Shown here one piece after another: positions 45,490 to 53,887 of a stretch of 57,520 nt of DNA. This DNA is from an uncultured Thermoproteales archaeon. GTDB taxonomy: Archaea > Thermoproteota > Thermoprotei > Thermofilales > CAYSTQ01. Both the position numbers and the translations under genes were made by a program. Every line of letters starts with the position of its first letter. Position 1 is the first letter of the stretch. The stretch is from contig CAZCFI010000002.1 in assembly GCA_964497915.1 (NCBI GenBank), forward strand, positions 1 through 57,520, given 5' to 3'. The notes beneath the pieces were generated by a model, which worked only from the letters and a program-made list of their open reading frames with translations, was not told where the DNA came from and did not search any database.

Positions 45490-46578
45490 ATGCGCGCTGA
45501 CAGCCTGCTGTCCCGCTTGGGCGACTGGCCAGTGCTCTTCGACCCTGAGGGCGGCGCCGCAACCAAGGAGCAACTGGCCCGCCTCAGGGGGCTGGGCGTC
45601 AGAGGCGTCATCGTGGGCCCGATCGTCAGCAGCGAGCTGCTGCCCCGCCTCTCCTCCATGTCGCAGACTTACGAGGTCAGATGGAGGGGGGAGCGTGTAA
45701 GGCTCGCAGCCCCCCTATCCCCCGCTGAGGAGGCCGAGGGGCTAGTGGAGTTCGCCAGGGGTGAGCTGGGGGTTGAGTTGGTGGGAGCTAGGCTGATGGC
45801 CGCCACGTACCCCGAGTGGATGTCGCTGCTTGAGGCCGCGCCAAAGAGCGCTGACTTCCTCGAGCTAGACTTCTCGATCCCCCTGCTGCTATGCGGGAGG
45901 AGCGCAGCTGAGAGGGTCATAATCAGCGAGGTGGTGGGGGACGCCGCCTCCATGCTCAGCGCCCCCGTCGCCGTGAGGCTGTCCTTCCTGACGCCAGGGC
46001 TGCGGGAGGCTCTCTCCCACCTATCGGGGCTAGGCGTCGAGTTCATAGCCCTGTCCGTGACGTACGTCAGCTACCGGCCAGTGCGCAGAGGAGGCGCGGC
46101 GCTGTCAACGCCCTCTCTCTGCAGGGACTCAGCGCTGAACGACCTGCTAGCGTCACTGGTCAAGCCGTGGAGCGCAGAGGGCGTGCCCCTCGTCCTCTCA
46201 ACGGAGGTCGGCAGCGCTGAGGCGGCGGGCGAGCTGCTGGGCTGCGGCTTCAGGGCGCTCGAGCTGGGCCTCTCCTTGATCCTAGCGGCAGCCTCGGGCG
46301 AGCCCCTGAGGGTGGTGGCCCCGCCTCCCGCTAGGGTCGAGGAGGCCGCGCCCCCCCGCCCGCCAGCCGGGGCTGCTCCCATCGTCGGTGACGAGTGCGA
46401 CAGGTGCGGGGGGCGCTACCTGTGCGTGAAGCTGTGCCCCGAGGGCGCTCTAGCCGTGGGCCCCGACGGCCTGCCGGTGCTAACTAAGACGTGCTCGGGC
46501 TGTGGGCTCTGTCTGAGCGTTTGCCCAAGGGGCGCGATCGAGATGGCCTACCAGGTCGAGGTTGAGGAGGTGGAGTGA
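45490..46578 (+). CDS. Divergent TIM-barrel-like domain fused to C-terminal 2x[4Fe-4S] ferredoxin domain
   Basis: C-terminus CDRCGGRYLCVKLCP...CSGCGLCLSVCPRGAIEM gives two CxxCxxCxxxCP-like clusters. The N-terminal ~280 aa has an alternating beta/alpha pattern reminiscent of DHODH/DPD-B-like barrels, but no motif is firmly recognised. Confidence 0.6.
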   Translation: MRADSLLSRLGDWPVLFDPEGGAATKEQLARLRGLGVRGVIVGPIVSSELLPRLSSMSQTYEVRWRGERVRLAAPLSPAEEAEGLVEFARGELGVELVGARLMAATYPEWMSLLEAAPKSADFLELDFSIPLLLCGRSAAERVIISEVVGDAASMLSAPVAVRLSFLTPGLREALSHLSGLGVEFIALSVTYVSYRPVRRGGAALSTPSLCRDSALNDLLASLVKPWSAEGVPLVLSTEVGSAEAAGELLGCGFRALELGLSLILAAASGEPLRVVAPPPARVEEAAPPRPPAGAAPIVGDECDRCGGRYLCVKLCPEGALAVGPDGLPVLTKTCSGCGLCLSVCPRGAIEMAYQVEVEEVE

Positions 46579-47325
46579 CATCAAGGCGCGGCTAGCAGTC
46601 CTATTCACTGCCCTGTCGACCCTGTGGTTGCTCACGCCTCACGGAGCCCGGTGCAGCCTGGCCCAGCTGCTCGGCTAAGCCTACGCGTCAGCTAGGCACC
46701 GCGCGCTGCTCGCTGAGGGTGCCGCTGGGGAGATACAGGCAGAGGGCCAGCTACGTAGGCCCCATTCACTGGCTGCTGGTACGTGTTGCGCGGGGGGGCT
46801 GACGTCCAAGGACTCGCACGCGTGGGTCCTACCCCACCAGAGGTACGCCTACAACTTCGTGGTCGTAAGGGGCGGCAGGACTCACAGGGGGGAGTGCCTT
46901 GAGGCTCGGGGACTACTACACCTACGGCCGCCCGGTGCTAGCGCCAGCCTGCGGCGTGGCCGTCGAGGTGAGGGACGGGTGCCCCGACAACCCGCCCGGG
47001 AGGCCGCTTGTGAGGGCGGTGAGGGACATGCGGGGCAACTACGTGGTCGTCCGCCGCGCTGACGGGGAATACTCGCTCCTGGCGCACCTGAGGTGCAGCT
47101 CCGTCAGGGTCGGGGGACGCGGTGGCCGAGGGGCAGGTGGTGGCCGAGTGCGGGAACTCGGCGTCCTCAGAGCCCCACCTGCACTTTCAAGTCCAGAACT
47201 TGAGGGACTTCTACGCCTGCGTGAGCCTGCCAGTGAAGGTGACGTACATGGCGGGCGGCGAGGTGCGCACGGGGTACCTGAGGAGGGGGATGACCGTGTG
47301 CTCCCCCTATACGCGGACGAAGTAG
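46562..47325 (+). pseudogene. M23-family metallopeptidase pseudogene (at least three frameshifts, each at a poly-G run)
   Basis: Homology follows frame 0 (..VPLGRYRQRASYVGPIHWLLVRVARGG*), then frame 2 (LTSKDSHAWVLPHQRYAYNFVVVRGGRTHRG..). It then returns to frame 0 (..LRLGDYYTYGRPVLAPACGVAVEVRDGCPDNPPG...GNYVVVRRADGEYSLLAHLRCSSVRVG) and ends in frame 1 (DAVAEGQVVAECGNSASSEPHLHFQV...). Switch points coincide with G7 46792..46798, G6 46887..46892 and G5 47112..47116. Confidence 0.6.
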
Positions 47326-49706
47326 GTGCCGAAGTCCTCCTCGCTGAGGCCCAGGAAGTGGGCCGCCAGCTTCCTCACTATGCTCCTCAGCTCGCTCATC
47401 ACCTGAGGCGGCGAGACCCTTAGCTGCTGGCAGGTCACCTTCCAGGACTTAGCCTGGAGCACCCTGACTATGAGTATGAGCTCCTCCATCTCTGAGAGCT
47501 TAGGCCTGTCGTCGGCCGCCCTGTAGAAGTAGGTCCTGGCCAGCTCGGTCACGGCGTCCATGCAGTTCTCGACAGTCATCTGGCCCCAGGCGTAGGAGAG
47601 CACCCTCCCCACCTGGATGTCCGTCAGGTTGGGCTTGTAGCCGTCTATCACCGCATCGGGGACGCAGGTCAGCAGCATCCTGGCCACGTGGACGTCGAGG
47701 TCGTGGTAGGGCTCGTGGAGCGAGTTCACCAGCTTTATCCTGAACTCCCTGTTGGCCCGCATGACGTACTCCCTGACCCTATCGTTGAGGGGCTTGACGA
47801 CTATCACCGTGTACTCGCCGCTGACGGGGTTCCTGTCTGGGCTTATGTGGATGGGCACGTAGCCGTTCTTGAGCCAGAATCTCAGCAGCTCCCTGTTGAC
47901 CCCAAAGCCAGCGCCGACCCAGTCATACCCCCTCTCCGCCGCCTCCTCCTCCACCTTCCTCAGGGCGTAGGAGCCGAGGCCCCTCCTCATCACGCTCGGG
48001 TGCGTCGCGATCCTCACGATCCTCCAGCCCGTGAACTCCCCGAACTCGAGCACCCTGTAGTGCTTTATGAAGCGGTCCGGGATGATGTTGCCAGCTATCC
48101 ACGCGCCCTTGGCCAGCTCCACCGCCATCTCCCTCGGTATGTCGCCCTCCTCGGCCAGCTCTATTGACGTCACTATCTTGCCGGTTGGGAGCCTGAGCGC
48201 CCTCACCGTGTGGTGAGGCGCGTCCATCATCATGCCGAGGTCGTTGCTGTTGTTCCTGTAGTGTGCCATGATGTAGATGCCGACGAACTGCCTCAGCTCG
48301 TCCTCCCTCTCCAGGAAGAACTCCTCGAGGTCTGGGGCGTAGTACTCGACTTTCATCTCCTCGATCAGCTTGAGGTCGCGCTCGTCCAGCTGGGCTGGCT
48401 CGGCGTCGAGCATCAGGGTGTCGAAGAGCCACTTCTCTATGGGGTCATCGTTCGCGTACCTTATGGGCTCCTCCATCTCGTATTCTATGACGGTCGTGTT
48501 CGGGTCCCTCCTCAGGAGCCCCAGGAATCTGACAGAGAACCCCCTGCCAGCGCCCTCGTAGCCGTGTATCGTGGAGGAGAAGACGGCCTTTGAGAAGTTC
48601 CTGTGTATCGCGTAGAGCATCGGGACCTGGAGACCAGCTGCCTCGTCGACGGCTATTACGTCGGCGCCCCTCCTCACGCTCTCGAGGGGCGTCAGGTAAG
48701 TTATCTCTATGCCCTTGGAGGAGAGGCCCGTGATGAGTCCGCCTCTCTTCTCGACCTCGACGTCGTGCCTGAGCACTCTAAGGGCCTTCGCGGCCAGCTG
48801 GAACAGCGACTGGACGTTAGTCTCGCTAGGCGCCGTGACTATTATCCTGGCCCTCCCCTTGCTCCTCCTCAGCTTGTGGGCCAGCGTGGCTATCCCTATG
48901 CCGACCGCGCACGACTTGCCGCGCCCCCTATCGGCGGTTATCACTATGTTGAGCTTCCTGTCCCTCTCGACCTTCTCGTAGAGCCTCTCCATTATGCGCA
49001 GCACGTTGACCTGGTCCTGGGTGAGGGCCAGCTCGTACACCCTCTTCGGGAAGATGGTCTTCTCCGGGATGACGATCCTCCTGCCCTCGAAGTACCTGAC
49101 CTCCTCGAGGATCCTGGGGAGCTTTATGACCTTATCCCTGTCGACGTCGTAGATCGCTATTCCGTCGTGCTCCATTAGCTTCCTTATGAACCTCCTCACG
49201 AAGATGTGCCTGAGTGACTCGACGCCGTACTTGTGGGTTAGGAGCAGCTCTTGGAACCTGGTGACCACGCCCTCCCACCTGTCAAGGGGCGGCGTCATGA
49301 AGATGAGCACGCCCCCGCCTCGCACCACACCGACCAGCTTGCCCAGGTCGTTGGGCTCGAGGTTGTTTATGAGGTCTAGAATGGCCACGTCGTAGGTGGC
49401 GCCCATGGCCCTGACGCTCTCGTGGTAGGGCACGAAGTCAACGTATAGCCTGTCCCCCAGCTCCTCGACCGCCTCCTCGAAGAGCTCCCTCCTCCTCACT
49501 CCGTCCCCGTAGAAGGCGTGGTAGGCATAGAGCACGCTGACCTCCTTCCTCCGCACGACCTCGCTCAGGTAGGCCTCCAGTATCCGGGCTACCCCGCCGA
49601 TCAGCTTGTCGTCGCGCGAGCCTGACAGCACCACCAGCCTACGATGATTGCCCGCGACGGCCTGCTTCAGGCTCAGGACCAGGGTGCTGATGAAGCTCTT
49701 GAGCAT
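47307..49706 (-). CDS. tmcA: tRNA(Met) cytidine acetyltransferase TmcA (Nat10 homolog)
   Basis: 799 aa. Walker A ITADRGRGKSCAVG, followed by a GNAT-type region ...ATHPSVMRRGLGSYAL. Confidence 0.9.
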   Translation of the reverse strand: MLKSFISTLVLSLKQAVAGNHRRLVVLSGSRDDKLIGGVARILEAYLSEVVRRKEVSVLYAYHAFYGDGVRRRELFEEAVEELGDRLYVDFVPYHESVRAMGATYDVAILDLINNLEPNDLGKLVGVVRGGGVLIFMTPPLDRWEGVVTRFQELLLTHKYGVESLRHIFVRRFIRKLMEHDGIAIYDVDRDKVIKLPRILEEVRYFEGRRIVIPEKTIFPKRVYELALTQDQVNVLRIMERLYEKVERDRKLNIVITADRGRGKSCAVGIGIATLAHKLRRSKGRARIIVTAPSETNVQSLFQLAAKALRVLRHDVEVEKRGGLITGLSSKGIEITYLTPLESVRRGADVIAVDEAAGLQVPMLYAIHRNFSKAVFSSTIHGYEGAGRGFSVRFLGLLRRDPNTTVIEYEMEEPIRYANDDPIEKWLFDTLMLDAEPAQLDERDLKLIEEMKVEYYAPDLEEFFLEREDELRQFVGIYIMAHYRNNSNDLGMMMDAPHHTVRALRLPTGKIVTSIELAEEGDIPREMAVELAKGAWIAGNIIPDRFIKHYRVLEFGEFTGWRIVRIATHPSVMRRGLGSYALRKVEEEAAERGYDWVGAGFGVNRELLRFWLKNGYVPIHISPDRNPVSGEYTVIVVKPLNDRVREYVMRANREFRIKLVNSLHEPYHDLDVHVARMLLTCVPDAVIDGYKPNLTDIQVGRVLSYAWGQMTVENCMDAVTELARTYFYRAADDRPKLSEMEELILIVRVLQAKSWKVTCQQLRVSPPQVMSELRSIVRKLAAHFLGLSEEDFGTYFVRV

Positions 49707-49757
49707 CAGCGTCCGACCCCGACCTAAGGTGGCCCACAGATAGGACGGCGCGGTCGT

Positions 49758-51140
49758 TTAAAAACCTGCCGCGATGACGTCCCTCGGCTTCATGAACTCC
49801 CTGAGGACCATGGTGGCGTAGAGGCCCTTGGCTAGAGTGAACTCGAAGGTCACCTTGAGCGAGCCCGGGCTCAGCTCGTCAGCTGCTGGCCCCCTGACCT
49901 CGAGGCCCTCGGGCTTGAAGCAGGCCCGCCTGTAGGTCCCGCGCGTGGCCACCTCCGGCATGTGCTCGGACCTGAAGAGCTCCAGCGACACGCCCTCCTC
50001 CCTCAGCACTTCCCTCTCTATATCTCCCTGCGGCCCCTCCTGTATGACCGTACCGTAGCCGAAGACGTTGAGCACGAGGACCATCTCGCCCCTCGCCATC
50101 CCCTCGTTCAGGAGGTCCACGTTGCTCTCATTCGCGACAACCACGCTGCCCAGGGAGCCGTCGCTGGCCCTCACGGCCACCAGGTCGCCCACAACGGCTC
50201 GGTTTAGGGGCAGCCCCCTCCTGACCCTCCTGCTGAGGCACTTGTTGAATAGGTAGGCCTGGTAGGCCCCCACGAACAGCCTCCTGACGCTGAGCGGCAG
50301 CTTCCTCAGCGCGCCTATGTAGTCGCCCTCCCTAACCGAGAGGTGCTTGAGCACGATGCGCTCGTGGCTCAGCGCCCTCGGGAACTTCTTGAGCGCGCCC
50401 CTGTAGTCCCTCGTCTCCCTGACGTACTCGCGCAGCTCAGCCACGTGCGGGGCCTCGCCGGGGTAGGGGCGGGCGACGAGCTCCATGACCGCGTCCTCGA
50501 ACCTGCCCTGCAATATGTACTTACCGATGATGTGGGTGTTGGGCCTTATCGTCCCGAACCTCTGGTAGCCGTAGAACGCCGGGATGCCCCTTTCCTCTAT
50601 CTCAGCCGCGATCGCCTCCACCCTGCGCCTGACCTCGTCCTCGCTGAGCTCGACATGCCTCACGGTGATGATGAAGTGGTTCCCGTAGAGCATGCCGGGG
50701 GCTATCCTGAAGGGCATCCTCACGCAGCGCCTTATTCTGATGTTCCCGTACCTGTCTCGGAACCCCAGCAGGGAGTCAGGGTCGACGTGGAACGCAGAGA
50801 CGAGCTGCGCCGTCACGGCCCTCGAGTCCTTGAGCCCAGCGGCGCTGAAGGTCTTGTAGCTGAGGCCGAGGGACTTCGCGATGATCTTTATGGCGGTTAT
50901 GGTGTCTAAGTTCCTCTTCTCCAGTATGAACCACGTGTAGTCGCCCTCCTCAGAGCCCTTGAGGTCCACCTCCTCGCCCGGCTTGAGCGTCAGGGACGTG
51001 CGCACCCTGAGCCCGTCCCTGCTTATCTCCTCTACTATGAAGTCCTCTGGGATGACCCGCAGCCTGCCGCCTATGCCGGGCGACTTGGTCGCGTAGACCT
51101 CGATGCCCAGCAGCCTGTCTAGCTCAGGTACCTCCTGCAT
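49758..51140 (-). CDS. truD: tRNA pseudouridine synthase TruD/Pus7 family
   Basis: GIGGRLRVIPEDFIVEEI...AGLKDSRAVTAQ...FGYQRFG. Confidence 0.9.
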   Translation of the reverse strand: MQEVPELDRLLGIEVYATKSPGIGGRLRVIPEDFIVEEISRDGLRVRTSLTLKPGEEVDLKGSEEGDYTWFILEKRNLDTITAIKIIAKSLGLSYKTFSAAGLKDSRAVTAQLVSAFHVDPDSLLGFRDRYGNIRIRRCVRMPFRIAPGMLYGNHFIITVRHVELSEDEVRRRVEAIAAEIEERGIPAFYGYQRFGTIRPNTHIIGKYILQGRFEDAVMELVARPYPGEAPHVAELREYVRETRDYRGALKKFPRALSHERIVLKHLSVREGDYIGALRKLPLSVRRLFVGAYQAYLFNKCLSRRVRRGLPLNRAVVGDLVAVRASDGSLGSVVVANESNVDLLNEGMARGEMVLVLNVFGYGTVIQEGPQGDIEREVLREEGVSLELFRSEHMPEVATRGTYRRACFKPEGLEVRGPAADELSPGSLKVTFEFTLAKGLYATMVLREFMKPRDVIAAGF

Positions 51141-51162
51141 GGCGCCCTTACCTTCAGGAAGG

Positions 51163-51170
51163 TTTTAATA
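51163..51170 (-). promoter_or_regulatory. TATA box for truD (near-leaderless)
   Basis: Minus-sense 'tattaaaa' lies about 23 nt upstream of ATG 51140. Confidence 0.4.
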
Positions 51171-51348
51171 CTGCCGCATTACTAAATTATATCGGGGGGC
51201 GGGGGAGAGGAGCGCATCTCCGTGCTGCGCTCAGGGCTCCGGAACGCTGCGCTGGCGCGCTCCCTGGTGCGCTCCTGCGCGCCGATGAGCTAACTGCCAC
51301 TACGTTCATCACGCTCATTGCCGCAAGTTTTTCCCCCAGACGCCCCCG

Positions 51349-51705
51349 TCACCTCAGCAGCTTCAGCGACCCAGTTATCTTATCGATCTCACTCGCTGGC
51401 GCCGGGCCCACGGCCACGGCCGTCTTCGTCCCGGGCTTAAGCTCGGTAAGGCCCCTGTCCGCCACGAGTGCCGCTGGGAGCCCTGCCTCAGCGGCCCTGC
51501 GGTAGACGCTGAGCAGCTCTTCCTCGCTCCCAACCTGCAGCACGACCTTCTTCTGCCCCTCCTCGAGCCACCGGTCGAACCACTGCCTCTTACTCCTCAT
51601 AGCCTCCAGAGCGGCTGTCAGCGACGCGTGGGCGGCTTGAGCGGCTATCTTGCCCCTGCTCATCCCCAGGTCCGTCCTCACCACTATGACCTGCTTGAGC
51701 TCCAT
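51349..51705 (-). CDS. pth2: Peptidyl-tRNA hydrolase, archaeal type (Pth2)
   Basis: KQVIVVRTDLGMSRGKIAAQAAHAS...ADRGLTELKPGTKTAVAVGP. Confidence 0.95.
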   Translation of the reverse strand: MELKQVIVVRTDLGMSRGKIAAQAAHASLTAALEAMRSKRQWFDRWLEEGQKKVVLQVGSEEELLSVYRRAAEAGLPAALVADRGLTELKPGTKTAVAVGPAPASEIDKITGSLKLLR

Positions 51706-51710
51706 GGCGC

Positions 51711-52199
51711 TCAGAGCTTGTAGCCTATCTTCCTGAGGAACTCGCGCCTCTTCCTGACGTCCTCCTCGCTCTCCACGCCGACGGGCTTGAAGCCGTCCAC
51801 CACTCCGAGCACGGCCCTCCCCTGATCGGTCTCGGCTACTATGACCTGCACTGGGTTGGCCGTGGCGCAGAACAGCGCGACGACCTCGCTAACCATCTTC
51901 AGGGAGTTGAGGACGTTTATCGGCCACGCGCCCTTGATGTAGGCCACGAAGAAGTGCCCAGCTCCCACTCTCATTGCCGCCTCAGCCGCCAGCCCCCTCA
52001 GCTCCTCGTCGTTGCCCTCGACCCTGATGAGTCTGTCGCCTGAGGCCTCACAGAACGCCAGACCGAACCTTATGCCTGGGGCGCCGCTCACCAAGGCCTC
52101 GTAGATGTCCTCCGCGCTCTTTATGAAGTGGGCCTGGCCGAGTATGACGTTGACGCCCTCAGGGACGTCGACCTTGACGACCTCAAGTCGCACGCTCAT
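51711..52199 (-). CDS. Adenosine-specific kinase family protein (COG1839-type)
   Basis: [19 protein letters not shown]...[19 protein letters not shown]...GAGHFFV...[30 protein letters not shown]. Confidence 0.8.
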   Translation of the reverse strand: MSVRLEVVKVDVPEGVNVILGQAHFIKSAEDIYEALVSGAPGIRFGLAFCEASGDRLIRVEGNDEELRGLAAEAAMRVGAGHFFVAYIKGAWPINVLNSLKMVSEVVALFCATANPVQVIVAETDQGRAVLGVVDGFKPVGVESEEDVRKRREFLRKIGYKL

Positions 52200-52229
52200 G
52201 CTCCCTCAGAGTAGTGACCCGCAGCCGTC

Positions 52230-52246
52230 AATAAAAGCTTTTTATA
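52230..52246. promoter_or_regulatory. Near-palindromic AT-rich element, probable bidirectional TATA region
   Basis: 'aataaaagctttttata' is centred on AAGCTT. It lies about 27 nt upstream of ATG 52272 (+) and 30-40 nt upstream of ATG 52199 (-). Confidence 0.4.
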
Positions 52247-52271
52247 GCGCCGCGCCTAGAGCTAAGAGGCC

Positions 52272-52628
52272 ATGAGCGACCCCGCGCCGTGCTCCCACGT
52301 CAGGTGCAGGGAGAGGGCCGTCGTCTCGATGGTTCATGGAGGGGAAGTGGTGTACCTCTGCGAGGAGCACTTCAGGAAGCTGCAGGAGGCGCTGTTCCTG
52401 CTGGCCATGCAGTACGGCGAGTCGAAGCTCAGCGACGCCATTACCAAGACCAAGGGCGGTAAGGTCAGGGTGGAGCCGCAATTAGAGCTACAGCCCAGCG
52501 TCGTGCGCAGGTACTCCAAGCCCCTTGAGCAGGAAGCGCGCGAGAAGGCCGCCAAGCGGTCAAAGTCGAGGAGGTCTAGGAGGAGCTCTCGCCGGCGGCG
52601 CTCCCCCCGCTCCTCAGGAGGCTCATGA
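52272..52628 (+). CDS. Hypothetical small Cys/His protein with Arg/Ser-rich basic tail
   Basis: CSHVRC...(17 aa)...CEEH, then KRSKSRRSRRSSRRRRSPRSSGGS. The last 53 nt overlap the convergent coiled-coil gene, so the C-terminus is uncertain. Confidence 0.45.
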   Translation: MSDPAPCSHVRCRERAVVSMVHGGEVVYLCEEHFRKLQEALFLLAMQYGESKLSDAITKTKGGKVRVEPQLELQPSVVRRYSKPLEQEAREKAAKRSKSRRSRRSSRRRRSPRSSGGS

Positions 52629-53103
52629 GCGACATCACCTTCCTGTAGAGCCCCTCCCCTATCCTGCCCTCCCTGTAGAGCTCCTCGATCCTGGCGGCCC
52701 TCCTAGCGAACTCCTCGGCGTCTGAGATGAGGAACTCCGCCATTAGGCGTCTTACGTGCTCCTCTACCCTGCCCTCCAGCCTGCTGAGCTCGCTGCGGAG
52801 CGACTCTAGCGTGGCCGCCGACTCGTCTAGGGTGCGCCTCAGCTCCTCGCAGATCCTAGACGCCTCCTCCTCGCTGATGAGCCCTATCCTCGCCTTCACC
52901 TGCACGTCCCTCAGCCTGTCCTGGCAGTAGTCTATGAGCCCCTGGAGCTCGGCTATCCTGCTCTGCACCTCCCTCCTGAGGTCGTGCCACAGCTCCAGTG
53001 CCCTCATGACGCTGGCGTGGTAATCACTCCACATAGAGTCGAGGGCGCTGAGCCTCTCGCTGAACTCCCTCACCCTGTCCGCTAGTGCACTCACGCTCAT
53101 CAC
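52576..53103 (-). CDS. Coiled-coil protein, paralog of the C-terminal two-thirds of 53105..53887
   Basis: 175 aa, strongly helical with heptads. Motifs LDSMWSDYHASVMRALELW, IGLISEEEASRICEEL and ELYREGRIGEGLYRKVMSL are collinear with the upstream protein. Confidence 0.6.
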   Translation of the reverse strand: MMSVSALADRVREFSERLSALDSMWSDYHASVMRALELWHDLRREVQSRIAELQGLIDYCQDRLRDVQVKARIGLISEEEASRICEELRRTLDESAATLESLRSELSRLEGRVEEHVRRLMAEFLISDAEEFARRAARIEELYREGRIGEGLYRKVMSLMSLLRSGGSAAGESSS

Positions 53104-53104
53104 C

Positions 53105-53887
53105 TCACAGGAACCTCTGGAGCCTCTTTATCTGCTCCTCTATCTCGCTCCTCACTCTCTCGTAAGTCTCCTCGTCTATCTCGCCGCTCTCGAAGAGCTG
53201 CTCAAGCTTGGCCAGCGAGAGCTTGAGCCTGCTTATCTCGGCGCTGGCGCTAGCCACCACGACTCTCTTTCGGTGGGCCTCGGCCGACTGCTCAAGCCTC
53301 TCGAGGCACTCGACGAGCTTCCCCCTCTCCTCCTCCAGCTTAGCGACCCTCTCCTCGAGCTCCCTGACCTCCCTGTCGTAGTACTCCTCCGTTATCAGGC
53401 CGACCTCCCTCCACGTGTCGAGCTCCTTCCTCTCCTCGGCCAGGCTCTGAATCACGTGGTCTATGCTGGACAGCCTCTTCAGCACGGACTCCTTAGCCTC
53501 GTCCCACCTCTTCAGCACGTCCCTGGTGGCCCTCTCGTACTCGGCCCAGTATGCGTCGAGCCTCCTGAGATCCCTCTCTATGGCCTCCAGCTGGGCGAGC
53601 ACGTCCTCCCCCGCGCGCTCCAACGCCTCTTGAGGGGGCGGCAGCGGGGCGGCCTCGATGGCCTCGGCGGCCGCGGGGGCCGCGCTGACGCTAGTCTCGC
53701 TCGGCGGCGCCTCAGCAGCCACCTCAGGCGCGGCCTCGGGGCCAGCGGTCTTGGCCCTCAGGTATACCGGACACGTGGCGTAGTCCGAGAGGCAGGGGAG
53801 CAGCCCGGGATCGACCTCGGAGTTGGTTATCCTGCACACGAACTTGTCGCCGACGCGGGTTAGTGCTGGGCAGTAAGGCGTGCTCAT
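53105..53887 (-). CDS. 4-Cys N-terminal module + Ala/Pro/Glu linker + coiled-coil protein
   Basis: MSTPYCPALTRVGDKFVCRITNSEVDPGLLPCLSDYATCPVYL, then a low-complexity linker. This is followed by LDAYWAEYERATRDVLKRW, VGLITEEYYDREVRELE and QLFESGEIDEETYERVRSEI. ATG 53887 (preceded by GGTGG) is preferred over TTG 53926. Confidence 0.6.
   Translation of the reverse strand: MSTPYCPALTRVGDKFVCRITNSEVDPGLLPCLSDYATCPVYLRAKTAGPEAAPEVAAEAPPSETSVSAAPAAAEAIEAAPLPPPQEALERAGEDVLAQLEAIERDLRRLDAYWAEYERATRDVLKRWDEAKESVLKRLSSIDHVIQSLAEERKELDTWREVGLITEEYYDREVRELEERVAKLEEERGKLVECLERLEQSAEAHRKRVVVASASAEISRLKLSLAKLEQLFESGEIDEETYERVRSEIEEQIKRLQRFL

Noticed and set aside
51141-51348. 48-codon minus-strand ORF (MSVMNVVAVSSSARRSAPGSAPAQ...) in the pth2-truD gap.
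   Set aside because: Ala/Ser/Arg/Pro-rich with no start context, and below any sensible length or composition threshold. The region is better treated as non-coding (see the ncRNA candidate finding).
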